Of a DNA stretch of 64,000 bases, positions 49,543 through 58,184 are shown piece after piece. This stretch comes from Kiritimatiellia bacterium. Lineage in GTDB: Bacteria > Verrucomicrobiota > Kiritimatiellia > RFP12 > UBA1067. The stretch is from assembly GCA_045540275.1 (NCBI GenBank), contig JAZQGX010000291.1, positions 30,088 to 94,087 on the forward strand, written 5' to 3'. The notes below the pieces were generated by a model. The model was not told where the DNA came from and ran no database searches. It saw only the letters and a list, made by a program, of their open reading frames with translations. Position numbers and translations under genes: made by a program. Every line of letters begins with the position of its first letter. The first letter of the stretch is position 1.

Positions 49543-49600
49543 CCAACTCGTAACACAAGCTCCTTTTCTTTCATATCTTTAGGTTAGAATATCACTAGAA

Positions 49601-49633
49601 ACCCAAACAAAAGCCCGAATTCGTTTCTCGGGC
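49601..49633 (-). terminator. Rho-independent terminator closing the adhE-hydrogenase cluster
   Basis: GCCCGA/TCGGGC stem with a 9-nt loop, followed on the minus strand by TTTTGTTTGGGTTT. It lies 26 nt after the hydrogenase-like gene stop. Confidence 0.6.
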
Positions 49634-49658
49634 TTGAACTCAGAACTCCAACTACCCG

Positions 49659-51071
49659 CTACGATAGCGAGCAAGGGCCATTCACACATCCGCCTGGGCA
49701 GGCCATCACCTCGAGGAAGTTAGCGGGGAGCTTACCCGAAGCGTAGAGCTTAAGCATAGCGCAGGTCTTGCGGTCAATGCCGTTGATCTGCTTCGCGGCA
49801 AGCTGAAAGCCCGGCAACATAGCCGTGGCCTCGGCAAGAACCGCCTCGGTAACGCCGCAGCTGCGCGCGAAATTGCGGGCTGTCGCGGCGGGGGGACGCC
49901 CAATCGGATGGGGCTCGCAGGCTAGCACGTCAATCCTGCGGCCGGCAAGAATCGCGCCCAACTCTTCGAACGAAAGGACAAAATCGACACCCTTGCGGCG
50001 GGCTTCGCTGCGCTTTGCAACGCAAGGCCCGATAAAGACCGTCTTGGCGCAGGGGTCGGCCTCACGTGCCATTTCATGGGTATAGACCATCGGACTGGGC
50101 GTGAGAGAAACTTTGTCAATCAGTTCAGGCAGGTGCTTGCCGACGAGATTCACGTAAGCGGGACAGCACGAAGTCGTCATAAAGGTCTTCGAATCCTGCT
50201 CCATACGCTCGAGAAATTCCGCGGTCTCATGCTCAGTCGTTTTCTCGGCTCCGAGCGCAACTTCGATAACATCGGAAAATCCGGCCTTTGCGCATGCGGC
50301 AAGAAGCTGCTCGACCGTTCCGGGGAACTGACGGTCCGCCGCAGGCGCAACCATCGCCACGAGTTTTTCGCCGCGCTTCATCGCCAAGAGTACCGAAACG
50401 ATTTGGGAGCGCTCCATGACTGCACCGAACGGACACGACATAAAGCATTTGCCGCAGAAGATGCACTTTGAAAAATCAATCTCGGCGACTCCGCGCTCGT
50501 TCTTACGGATCGCGCCGACGGGACAAGCCTCTTCGCAGGGCACCGTCGTTTTAACAATCGCGTTATAGGGACACGCCGAAATGCACTTACCGCACTTAAC
50601 GCACTTGGAGCTATCAATCTGAGAGCGTCCGTTCGTCACCGTTATCGCATTCTTCGGACAGCTGTAGACACAAGGTCTCGCGAAGCATCCGCGGCAGTTG
50701 GACGTCGACACGACACGCGCATCGGGACAGCCGCTACACGCCGGCGCACAGACGGAAAGAGGCGCCACCTTTCGCTCAAACTCCCTGTCTTCGCTGATCT
50801 CGCGAGGCTCGCCGCCAATAATCTCGTCTAAATATTCACTAAGCGTCTTGGCTTCATCGGTCTCCTCCTCGGCAGAAATACCTAAGAGCGCCATGAGTCT
50901 ATACTTTAATACCGCGCGATCATGATAGATGCAGCAGCGCGAAGCGTCTGAATCTTTAGGTCGCAGTCTTATCGGAATCTGATCGATTTCCTCTCTGAGA
51001 ACCCCGTCGTCGAAGGCGCGAACAAGACGGATCAAAAGTTCGCGACGAATGTAGGTAGCGCCGTTAATCAT
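49659..51071 (-). CDS. [FeFe]-hydrogenase-like protein with N-terminal ferredoxin-type clusters
   Basis: H-cluster motifs TSCCPAYV (L1), FIGPCVAKRSE (L2, Met replaced by Gly) and EVMACPGGCVNG (L3). Two CxxCxxCxxxCP ferredoxin motifs are also present. Confidence 0.85.
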   Translation of the reverse strand: MINGATYIRRELLIRLVRAFDDGVLREEIDQIPIRLRPKDSDASRCCIYHDRAVLKYRLMALLGISAEEETDEAKTLSEYLDEIIGGEPREISEDREFERKVAPLSVCAPACSGCPDARVVSTSNCRGCFARPCVYSCPKNAITVTNGRSQIDSSKCVKCGKCISACPYNAIVKTTVPCEEACPVGAIRKNERGVAEIDFSKCIFCGKCFMSCPFGAVMERSQIVSVLLAMKRGEKLVAMVAPAADRQFPGTVEQLLAACAKAGFSDVIEVALGAEKTTEHETAEFLERMEQDSKTFMTTSCCPAYVNLVGKHLPELIDKVSLTPSPMVYTHEMAREADPCAKTVFIGPCVAKRSEARRKGVDFVLSFEELGAILAGRRIDVLACEPHPIGRPPAATARNFARSCGVTEAVLAEATAMLPGFQLAAKQINGIDRKTCAMLKLYASGKLPANFLEVMACPGGCVNGPCSLS

Positions 51072-51073
51072 GA

Positions 51074-51337
51074 TTATTCGGCACCCTCGACCAGCTGATT
51101 GAGGCGGGCGAGAATCTTCTCGACAGAAGCGTTGCCCATAATCTCAGTTTCGTTGAACATCACATAAGGAGCGCCGCCGAGGTGATCGCGGTCGCAGAGG
51201 CCGAGACACGTCCTCGCCTGAATATCAACCTTGTCCTTCAAATTCTCAGGAAGCTCCTCCTCGATATTCATCAACTTTGCGGCGCCCAGAAGATAGCAGG
51301 CAGTACCGCAGCAGATTTCAACTTTAATTTTTTCCAT
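51074..51337 (-). CDS. Thioredoxin-like [2Fe-2S] ferredoxin
   Basis: 87 aa with CCGTAC...CLGLCD cysteine spacing (NuoE/HndA-like). Confidence 0.7.
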   Translation of the reverse strand: MEKIKVEICCGTACYLLGAAKLMNIEEELPENLKDKVDIQARTCLGLCDRDHLGGAPYVMFNETEIMGNASVEKILARLNQLVEGAE

Positions 51338-51373
51338 AACTGAATTTCCTTGATTGGTTTTTGTAAATATGCC

Positions 51374-52561
51374 CTAGTAATAGTATACCACAACGTCCTT
51401 GCGATAGTTTCGCTCCAGCGCCTGCTGCATATGGCGGATTACCGAACGGCGCAGCTCAAGTTCCTGGGGAATTCCGGGATCCTGATGCGATTCGTTAACC
51501 TTAGTGCCGATGACAAATTCGATGCGGTCGTGGCGTATCATGCGCTCAAGTATCATCTTCACCGCCTGCGGCTCACCCTCGGGAGAGCGCATCTCTTCAA
51601 TCGCCGACAAAACGCGCGAAAGAGTAAGAATACCTTCTGTCACAATACCGATACCATCAATATTGCCAACAGGCGGCAGACCACCGCTCTTACGGATATC
51701 AGATAGAGAAACCCTTACCTTCACTCCCAATTCACGCTCGATAATATTAGTTGAAGTCCCTCCGCAGATTACCGTATGATCAGCTCCCAATAGAGCCTGA
51801 CGCGCATACTCGGCATCATTCTCCCGATAATACGGAGGACCGGTCAAAACCCGCATTACGCGCGGATGGCGCAAGTAGGCTACAACACAGCTGATATCGT
51901 CCTTACAGCCGCCAGGAGCGATGTAACGCGCTTCTCGCGCTATCGCCATAGACAAATCACGCGCTGAAATTTCGCCGTCCGCCTCGATACGGCGCTTGGC
52001 GAATTCCATCACACCGGAACGACGCCAACCGAATTTCATATCGCGCCTCTGACCAAGTCCCGCCTGAGTAACTCCGTCAGAGCACATAATTATTCTATCG
52101 CCCGGGCGAAAATCAGCCTCGCACTCGCGCACCTCGCGGTCGGGCCAGTGGGCCGAGACGACCATCTCATCCTTCAAAGGCTTTATTTCTGTCGTGCCGC
52201 GTAAATGAATATAACCGGGATTCCCCATCTCAGTAATCTTGGCGCGACCGCCAAGTCGGAAGTCAAAAAGCGAGAACGTTGCATAACCGATTTTACGCAC
52301 TTCGCAGACTGGTAGCGAGTCCATGATTATTTCGGCCGCTTCGAGCGTCGGGATGTTCGACTCAAGAAACTTAATCGCCATCGATGTGGTCATGTTCGCC
52401 AAAACATGGGCCTTAACACCACTACCAAGACCGTCCGAAAGCGCGGCGAGGTGACGATTCTCGCGCTCAACCGTAAGAAAGCGCACATCATCACCGCACG
52501 CGGCCTGGCCAGTCTTGGTAAACTGCGCGGCCTCCATCTCTATGAAGAGAGAATCAGCCAT
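51374..52561 (-). CDS. PP2C/SpoIIE-family serine phosphatase with extra C-terminal domain
   Basis: TKTGQAACGDDVRF...ALSDGLGSGVKA...IIMCSDGV metal-binding Asp motifs. It overlaps the upstream gene by 8 nt. Confidence 0.8.
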   Translation of the reverse strand: MADSLFIEMEAAQFTKTGQAACGDDVRFLTVERENRHLAALSDGLGSGVKAHVLANMTTSMAIKFLESNIPTLEAAEIIMDSLPVCEVRKIGYATFSLFDFRLGGRAKITEMGNPGYIHLRGTTEIKPLKDEMVVSAHWPDREVRECEADFRPGDRIIMCSDGVTQAGLGQRRDMKFGWRRSGVMEFAKRRIEADGEISARDLSMAIAREARYIAPGGCKDDISCVVAYLRHPRVMRVLTGPPYYRENDAEYARQALLGADHTVICGGTSTNIIERELGVKVRVSLSDIRKSGGLPPVGNIDGIGIVTEGILTLSRVLSAIEEMRSPEGEPQAVKMILERMIRHDRIEFVIGTKVNESHQDPGIPQELELRRSVIRHMQQALERNYRKDVVVYYY

Positions 52562-54299
52562 TCAAGTAATCCCCGTTGTCAGACTCGCGAAGACGAACAC
52601 CCTTAGTCTGGGACTCATAAGCGCCTGCAATTTCGTTGAGCATTACCTCGGTCTCGGCGATATGCTCACCGAAAAGTCGCGCCACCTGCTGAACCGTATA
52701 GACATTCTTGCGGATAACCTCGCGCGCCTTCGCGGCGATCTCTTCGCGGCGACCTTCGTTCTGGGTAACGTCTTGGACAACAGCACCGGCAAATTCTCCG
52801 CGGGCAATCGAAAAAACGCTTAAGTTGATGATACGGCCGCGCCACTGCTGACGATATTTAACAATTTCACTGCCGTGACCAACGGCGCTTGCAAAAAGGT
52901 CAGCGAACTCAGGCAAGAACGACTCGACGTTGAGCCCCTCTAAATTACCGAGCGCGTCAAATTCTTCTAAGGCCCCCGCAAGTTCTGCGAAAAGCCTATT
53001 GCACTCGCGAATGGCACCCTTATTATCGACGATAACAACGCCAGCTGGAATATAGCGGATAAGAGCGTTGGAGGTTCTTTCGAAATTGCGCTTAAGCCAT
53101 GTGTGGCACATGGCCTCTTCAGCCTTACCCGCCAAGAGCGCCTTGGCGAACTCGCGGCATGTCGAATATCCGCACGCGCCGCAGTTAACCTCATCATTTT
53201 TGGAAATCTTTCCGACGCGGGCGAGAGCCGAGCGCATAAGCTGCTCATCAGGCTCGTCTTCGACAACAGGCGTTGCGGGATAAGCCGAAACTCCGCAGTG
53301 CGAAAAACAGCGCCCGGCGCTCGTGCGGATGGGGCTTACGACATCCGTCTCAATTATCGTAGTAAGCGACGAACCTTCAGGAGGCATCGCAGGACCGTTT
53401 ATGCATCCGCCAGGACAAGCGAGCACTTCAATAAAAATCTTGCGGCCGCCCATCTTTTCGGCAATCGTCGCAGGATCGACACCATAAAACAGGCGTCTTA
53501 AATTATCAAGCCCGGAAACGGAAATATAACGAACAGCATCGGAGGCGTCGCGAAGAGTATCGTTCATGCCGCCTTCAACAGAATAGAATCGCCCTTCTTC
53601 GGCGAAACCCATCGCCGGCTCAAGCGTCTCTTTCAAGGAAATATTCTTATCTTCCAAAAGTCTTTCAAGCGCAGGGAAAATAAGCGCGAGAGAAAGTTCG
53701 CTAGAATACGAATCGGCCTCGGTCTTTTTAGCCGCGCAGGGCCCGAAAAAGACAACCTTCGATTCGGCTCCGAACTTCTCCTTAAGCTGACGGCAATGGG
53801 CGCGAACGGGCGAAGGCAGCGGCGAAATAAACGGCGCGAACTTCGGCAAGTACTTCCGGATCATATCGACCGCCGCGGGACATGCGCTCGAAATAACGAG
53901 CGGAGACGACGTCTGAGCGAGAAGTCGCGAAACGTGAGCGCTTACCGATTCGGCGCCGTGCGCCGTTTCGCTTACTCCCGCGAAACCGGCGCGAACCAAT
54001 GCCGCAGTTAACTGCTCAATCTTCACACCCTTAAAATAACCGGTAAAACTCGGAGCGATTGAAGCGTAGACTTTAGCGCCCGAAGAGAGCATATCCTTAA
54101 GTCTAGCCAAATCGCTCCGAATTTTCTTGGCATGAGCGGGACACACCTTAACACATTCACCGCACGAGACGCAGGCCTCGGGGATAACGCTCGCCTTACC
54201 GCCGATTATGCGGATCGCCTTTACGGGGCAATGACGGACGCACTTGTAACAATCCTGACAGCCGTTTTCAGTCGTGTAAACCGGTGAAGTCTTCTGCAT
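52554..54299 (-). CDS. Sensory-type [FeFe]-hydrogenase (HydS/HfsB-like) with C-terminal Cys-rich linker and PAS domain
   Basis: In L1, ISSACPAAV, the proton-relay Cys is replaced by Ala. L2 is FFGPCAAKKTE and L3 is EVLACPGGCINGP. These are followed by NCGACGYSTCREFA and a PAS-like block (IPAGVVIVDNKGAIRECNRLFAEL). Confidence 0.85.
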   Translation of the reverse strand: MQKTSPVYTTENGCQDCYKCVRHCPVKAIRIIGGKASVIPEACVSCGECVKVCPAHAKKIRSDLARLKDMLSSGAKVYASIAPSFTGYFKGVKIEQLTAALVRAGFAGVSETAHGAESVSAHVSRLLAQTSSPLVISSACPAAVDMIRKYLPKFAPFISPLPSPVRAHCRQLKEKFGAESKVVFFGPCAAKKTEADSYSSELSLALIFPALERLLEDKNISLKETLEPAMGFAEEGRFYSVEGGMNDTLRDASDAVRYISVSGLDNLRRLFYGVDPATIAEKMGGRKIFIEVLACPGGCINGPAMPPEGSSLTTIIETDVVSPIRTSAGRCFSHCGVSAYPATPVVEDEPDEQLMRSALARVGKISKNDEVNCGACGYSTCREFAKALLAGKAEEAMCHTWLKRNFERTSNALIRYIPAGVVIVDNKGAIRECNRLFAELAGALEEFDALGNLEGLNVESFLPEFADLFASAVGHGSEIVKYRQQWRGRIINLSVFSIARGEFAGAVVQDVTQNEGRREEIAAKAREVIRKNVYTVQQVARLFGEHIAETEVMLNEIAGAYESQTKGVRLRESDNGDYLNG

Positions 54300-54308
54300 A
54301 TCGCTCCT

Positions 54309-54566
54309 TTAGCGTGAAGCCGGGAATAATTCTTCAAGCAAATCGGTCATAACGCCCGCGTCAACCTGGGTATGAACCTTATCGTTGACGATAACTATCG
54401 GGCCCGCGGCGCAGTTGCCGGTGCAGAGGCTCGCGCCCAAGACCACATCAACTTCGTCGCGGAGACCGCGCGCGGCGAGAAACTTCTCGCACAATTCGAC
54501 ATTTTTCTCGTTGCCGCGCGCAAAACATGAACTGCCCATGCAGATCGTAATTGTAGGCCTACTCAT
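54309..54566 (-). CDS. Thioredoxin-like [2Fe-2S] ferredoxin
   Basis: 85 aa with CMGSSC...CTGNC spacing; a paralogue of 51074-51337. Confidence 0.7.
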   Translation of the reverse strand: MSRPTITICMGSSCFARGNEKNVELCEKFLAARGLRDEVDVVLGASLCTGNCAAGPIVIVNDKVHTQVDAGVMTDLLEELFPASR

Positions 54567-55374
54567 AATCGACTACGCTAGCCCAGTGAAGGAGAAGCTC
54601 GTGATTCTTGGCGCTCTGCTCCTTGGAGGATTCAGCCGCCGCGACGATCGGAAGATACTTCTGAACATCGGCGATCTTAACCTTAAGAGCTTCGCACGCG
54701 AGAGCCATATACTTCTCGGCGGCGGCGACATGGCCGGAGAGCCAGAAGAGAAGGTACGTGCGAGCGACGTCGGCAAGAGGATCGCCAAGTCTTACGTGGC
54801 TCCAGTCGATAACGCGCCAATCACCGTTCGGGGTGATGATGACATTCGTCGGATTAAAATCGCCGTGGCAGAGCGCCTTGCCGCGAGGCATCGACTGAAG
54901 CCTCATGTGAAGATCGTAGCGCGTCTCCTTCGGTAGAGCCGAGGCGGAAATCTGCTTGTCGAGCTTATCGGCGAGGTTGCCCATGCGCTCGGAAGTCTTG
55001 GAGAAGATTTCGCACTGAATGGCGACAAACTCCTTCAAGTAGCGCATAAGATTTTTCTTGTCACCGGCCATCGTCTCGGCGAGAGTCTTGCCCTCAATCC
55101 ACTCGCGGCGGATGCACCAGTGATCGCGGATCTTAAGAACTTCAAGAACCTTCGCGACGGGAAGTCCGGTCTCGGCTGCGCGGGCCTCGTTCATCGCCTC
55201 GTTAAGAATGGCGCTGACCTTGTAACTGGGCCCGAAAATCTTAAGGACGCTGTCCTTGTCTTTCGTCACAACCTTGTCGGTACGCTCAAGAAGAACATTG
55301 GCGGCCTTCTTAACAACAACCTTCTTGGCGGTCGCCTTAGGCGCGCACTTTTTAGTCTCTGTTTTCTTTTTCAT
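54559..55374 (-). CDS. Aminoglycoside-phosphotransferase-fold (APH/ChoK-like) protein kinase
   Basis: Catalytic loop CHGDFNPTNVII and metal-binding VIDWSHVRLGDP. It has a lysine-rich N-terminus. Confidence 0.7.
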   Translation of the reverse strand: MKKKTETKKCAPKATAKKVVVKKAANVLLERTDKVVTKDKDSVLKIFGPSYKVSAILNEAMNEARAAETGLPVAKVLEVLKIRDHWCIRREWIEGKTLAETMAGDKKNLMRYLKEFVAIQCEIFSKTSERMGNLADKLDKQISASALPKETRYDLHMRLQSMPRGKALCHGDFNPTNVIITPNGDWRVIDWSHVRLGDPLADVARTYLLFWLSGHVAAAEKYMALACEALKVKIADVQKYLPIVAAAESSKEQSAKNHELLLHWASVVDYE

Positions 55375-55411
55375 TTTAAATCTCCTTATTAATCTTTTTT
55401 CTAATCATTTG

Positions 55412-55460
55412 GAGCTGAGAGCTTGGAGCTGAAAGCTTGGAGCTTGGAGCTTAGAGCTTA
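55412..55460. repeat. Seven tandem copies of a 7-nt unit (GAGCTKR)
   Basis: The units are gagctga gagcttg gagctga aagcttg gagcttg gagctta gagctta. The last unit contains the adhE TAA stop. The array fills the adhE-kinase spacer. Confidence 0.9.
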
Positions 55461-58094
55461 GACATTCTTATGCTTACCATAGTAGGCGTTAAGATACATC
55501 TGCTTGATTTCCTTCATCATCGGATAACGCGGATTGGCGCCCGTGCACTGATCGTCGAAAGCCTGCTCGGTCATTTCGTCGAGACGTGCGAGGAAGTCCT
55601 CCTCATTCGGGACGTAATCGCGGATCGTGGGCTTGATGCCGACGCGCGCCTTGAGATCCCTGATGGCGGTGATGAAGTTCTCAAACTGCTCGGCCTTGTT
55701 GCGGCCGCGAATGCCGAGAGCCGTGGCGATTTCGAGGTACCGCTCAAGACCGTGAGGATGGCCGTACTGAGAGAACGTGCCCATCTTGCGCGGCACGGGA
55801 TCGGCGTTGAAGCGAAGCACTTCTTCCATCATAAGCGCGTTGGCGATACCGTGAGGAATGTGGTGGAACGCACCGAGCTTGTGAGCCATCGAGTGCATTA
55901 CGCCGAGGAACGCATTGGCGAAAGCCATACCGGCGATCGTGGCGGCGTTGGCCATCTTCTCACGGGCGACGGGATCGGCGCGCTTTTCAACGGCCGCGTC
56001 ATAGCAGGCGGGGAGATACGTGAAGATCGTCTGGAGCGCACGAATGGCAAGACCGTCGGTATAGTCCGTCGCGAGCATCGAAGCGTAAGCCTCGAGAGCG
56101 TGGGAGACAGCGTCGATACCCGAGGCGCTCGTAAGGCCGGGAGGCGCGGACATCTGCATATCGGCGTCGACAATCGCCATCGTAGGCATAAGCTCGTAGT
56201 CGGCGAGAGGATACTTGGTCCCCGTCGTTTCGTCGGTGATGACGGCGAACGGAGTTACTTCGGAGCCTGTGCCGGCCGAAGTCGGGATGCAGACGAACGA
56301 CGCCTTAACACCCATCTTCGGGAAGCGATAGACGCGCTTGCGGATATCCATGAAGCGCATCGCCATATCGTTGAAGTCGGCCTCGGGGTGTTCATAGAGA
56401 ACCCACATGATCTTCGCCGCGTCCATCGCGCTTCCGCCGCCAACGGCGATGATGACGTCGGGATTGAAGCCGGCCATCAGCTTGGCGCCCTCCTTAGCGC
56501 AAGCGAGCGTCGGATCAGGCGCAACGTTCGAGAAAGTCGTGAACATGATGCCCTGGGCCGCGAGAGACTTCTCAATCGGCTTGGTGTAGCCGTTGGCGTA
56601 GAGGAAGGTGTCGGTTACGATGAACGCTCGCTTCTTCTGCATTTCTTCACCGAGTTCACGCAGCGCGAGCGAGAGGCAGCCTTTCTTCTGGTAGATTTTC
56701 TCCGGCGCGCGGAACCACAACATGTTTTCTCTTCTCATAGCAACCGTCTTGATATTGATAAGATGTTTAACGCCTACGTTCTCCGAAACGGAATTCCCGC
56801 CCCAGCTGCCGCAACCGAGAGTGAGCGACGGGGCGAGCTGGAAGTTGTAGATATCGCCGATGCCGCCCTGCGAGCTCGGGGTATTGACGAGAATGCGGCA
56901 GGTTTTCATGCGGGAAGCGAACTCGGCGACCTTTTCCTTTTCGTTGATCTCGTCGAGATAGATGGAGCTCGTGTGGCCGTAGCCGCCATCGGCGACGAGT
57001 TTCTCCGCCTTCTGGAAGGCGTCCTCGATATCCTTGGCGCGATACATCGCAAGCACGGAAGAGAGCTTTTCGTGGGCGAACTCTTCGGAGAGTTCAACGC
57101 TCTCGACTTCACCAATAAGAATCTTCGCGTCGTCGTCGACCTTAAATCCGGCGAGCGCGGCAATCGTGACCGGCTTCTGGCCGACGATCTTGGCGTTAAG
57201 AGCGCCGTTGATGAGAATCGTCTTGCGGGTCTTCTCGAGCTCGGCGTTGCTGAGGAGGTGGCAGCCCATCTTGCGGAAAAGAGCCTTGACCTCGTCGTAG
57301 ACGCTGTCGAGAACGATCACGCTCTGCTCCGAGGCGCAGATCATACCGTTGTCGAAAGTCTTGGAGTGGATGATCGAGCTGACGGCGAGAGTCAAGTCGG
57401 CCGTCTCGTCGATGATGGCGGGGGTATTGCCGGCACCGACGCCGAGAGCGGGAGTACCCGAGCTGTAGGCGGCCTTGACCATGCCGGGTCCGCCAGTTGC
57501 GAGAATAAGATCGCTCTCCTTCATGAGGAGGTTCGTCTTGGGGAGCGACGGAGCGTCGATCCAGCCGATGATCTCCTTGGGTGCACCAGCTTCGACGGCT
57601 GCGTCGAGAACGATCTTCGCCGCGGCAATCGTCGCGTTCTTCGCACGCGGGTGGGGGCTGATGACGACGCCGTTGCGGGTCTTAAGAGCGATAAGGGTCT
57701 TGAAGATGGCGGTCGAAGTCGGGTTTGTCGTAGGAATGACAGCTCCGATAACGCCGACAGGCTCGGCGATCTTCTCAATACCGGCGGCCTCGTCGCGGTC
57801 GATCACTCCGCAGGTTTTGACATCCTTGAAAGCGTTGTAGATAAATTCGCTGGCGTAGTGGTTCTTGATGATCTTATCTTCTACAACGCCCATACCGGTT
57901 TCTTCGACAGCCTGCTTCGCGAGCGGGATTCGGGCGCGGTTGGCGGCGAGTGAAGCCGCCTTGAAGATCTCATCTACCTTTTCCTGAGAATATGTCGCGT
58001 AGATTTTCTGCGCCGCTCTAACGCGCGCAATGGTTTCCTGAAGTTCCGCGAGTCCGTCGTCCTGAACGGGAGCGGGAATGTTTGCGCTTTGCAT
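55458..58094 (-). CDS. adhE: Bifunctional acetaldehyde-CoA / alcohol dehydrogenase
   Basis: 878 aa. The N-terminal ALDH half has an active-site region, and the C-terminal iron-ADH half has GGGSAMDAAK and His-rich metal motifs. Confidence 0.95.
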   Translation of the reverse strand: MQSANIPAPVQDDGLAELQETIARVRAAQKIYATYSQEKVDEIFKAASLAANRARIPLAKQAVEETGMGVVEDKIIKNHYASEFIYNAFKDVKTCGVIDRDEAAGIEKIAEPVGVIGAVIPTTNPTSTAIFKTLIALKTRNGVVISPHPRAKNATIAAAKIVLDAAVEAGAPKEIIGWIDAPSLPKTNLLMKESDLILATGGPGMVKAAYSSGTPALGVGAGNTPAIIDETADLTLAVSSIIHSKTFDNGMICASEQSVIVLDSVYDEVKALFRKMGCHLLSNAELEKTRKTILINGALNAKIVGQKPVTIAALAGFKVDDDAKILIGEVESVELSEEFAHEKLSSVLAMYRAKDIEDAFQKAEKLVADGGYGHTSSIYLDEINEKEKVAEFASRMKTCRILVNTPSSQGGIGDIYNFQLAPSLTLGCGSWGGNSVSENVGVKHLINIKTVAMRRENMLWFRAPEKIYQKKGCLSLALRELGEEMQKKRAFIVTDTFLYANGYTKPIEKSLAAQGIMFTTFSNVAPDPTLACAKEGAKLMAGFNPDVIIAVGGGSAMDAAKIMWVLYEHPEADFNDMAMRFMDIRKRVYRFPKMGVKASFVCIPTSAGTGSEVTPFAVITDETTGTKYPLADYELMPTMAIVDADMQMSAPPGLTSASGIDAVSHALEAYASMLATDYTDGLAIRALQTIFTYLPACYDAAVEKRADPVAREKMANAATIAGMAFANAFLGVMHSMAHKLGAFHHIPHGIANALMMEEVLRFNADPVPRKMGTFSQYGHPHGLERYLEIATALGIRGRNKAEQFENFITAIRDLKARVGIKPTIRDYVPNEEDFLARLDEMTEQAFDDQCTGANPRYPMMKEIKQMYLNAYYGKHKNV

Positions 58095-58155
58095 TTTCTT
58101 TATCTTTCCTCTTTTTTACTGTCCGAAGAACCCTTCTTCAGACGAATTGGCGCGT

Positions 58156-58184
58156 AGTATAGCACTTTTTATATCGGTAATCAA
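58156..58184 (-). promoter_or_regulatory. Sigma-70-like promoter for adhE
   Basis: On the minus strand, TTGATT, then 17 nt, then TATACT, about 60 nt upstream of the adhE ATG. An adjacent 19-bp palindrome lies at 58191-58209. Confidence 0.45.

Noticed and set aside
55412-55460. Tandem repeat as a CRISPR array
   Set aside because: The units are 7 nt with no spacers, and there are no cas genes. It is a microsatellite-like tract, not a CRISPR array.
55470-57953. 827-aa plus-strand ORF
   Set aside because: It is entirely antisense to adhE, which has unmistakable motifs. Its product is Arg/Gly/Val/Asp-rich with no motif, which is typical of a shadow ORF in GC-rich coding DNA.
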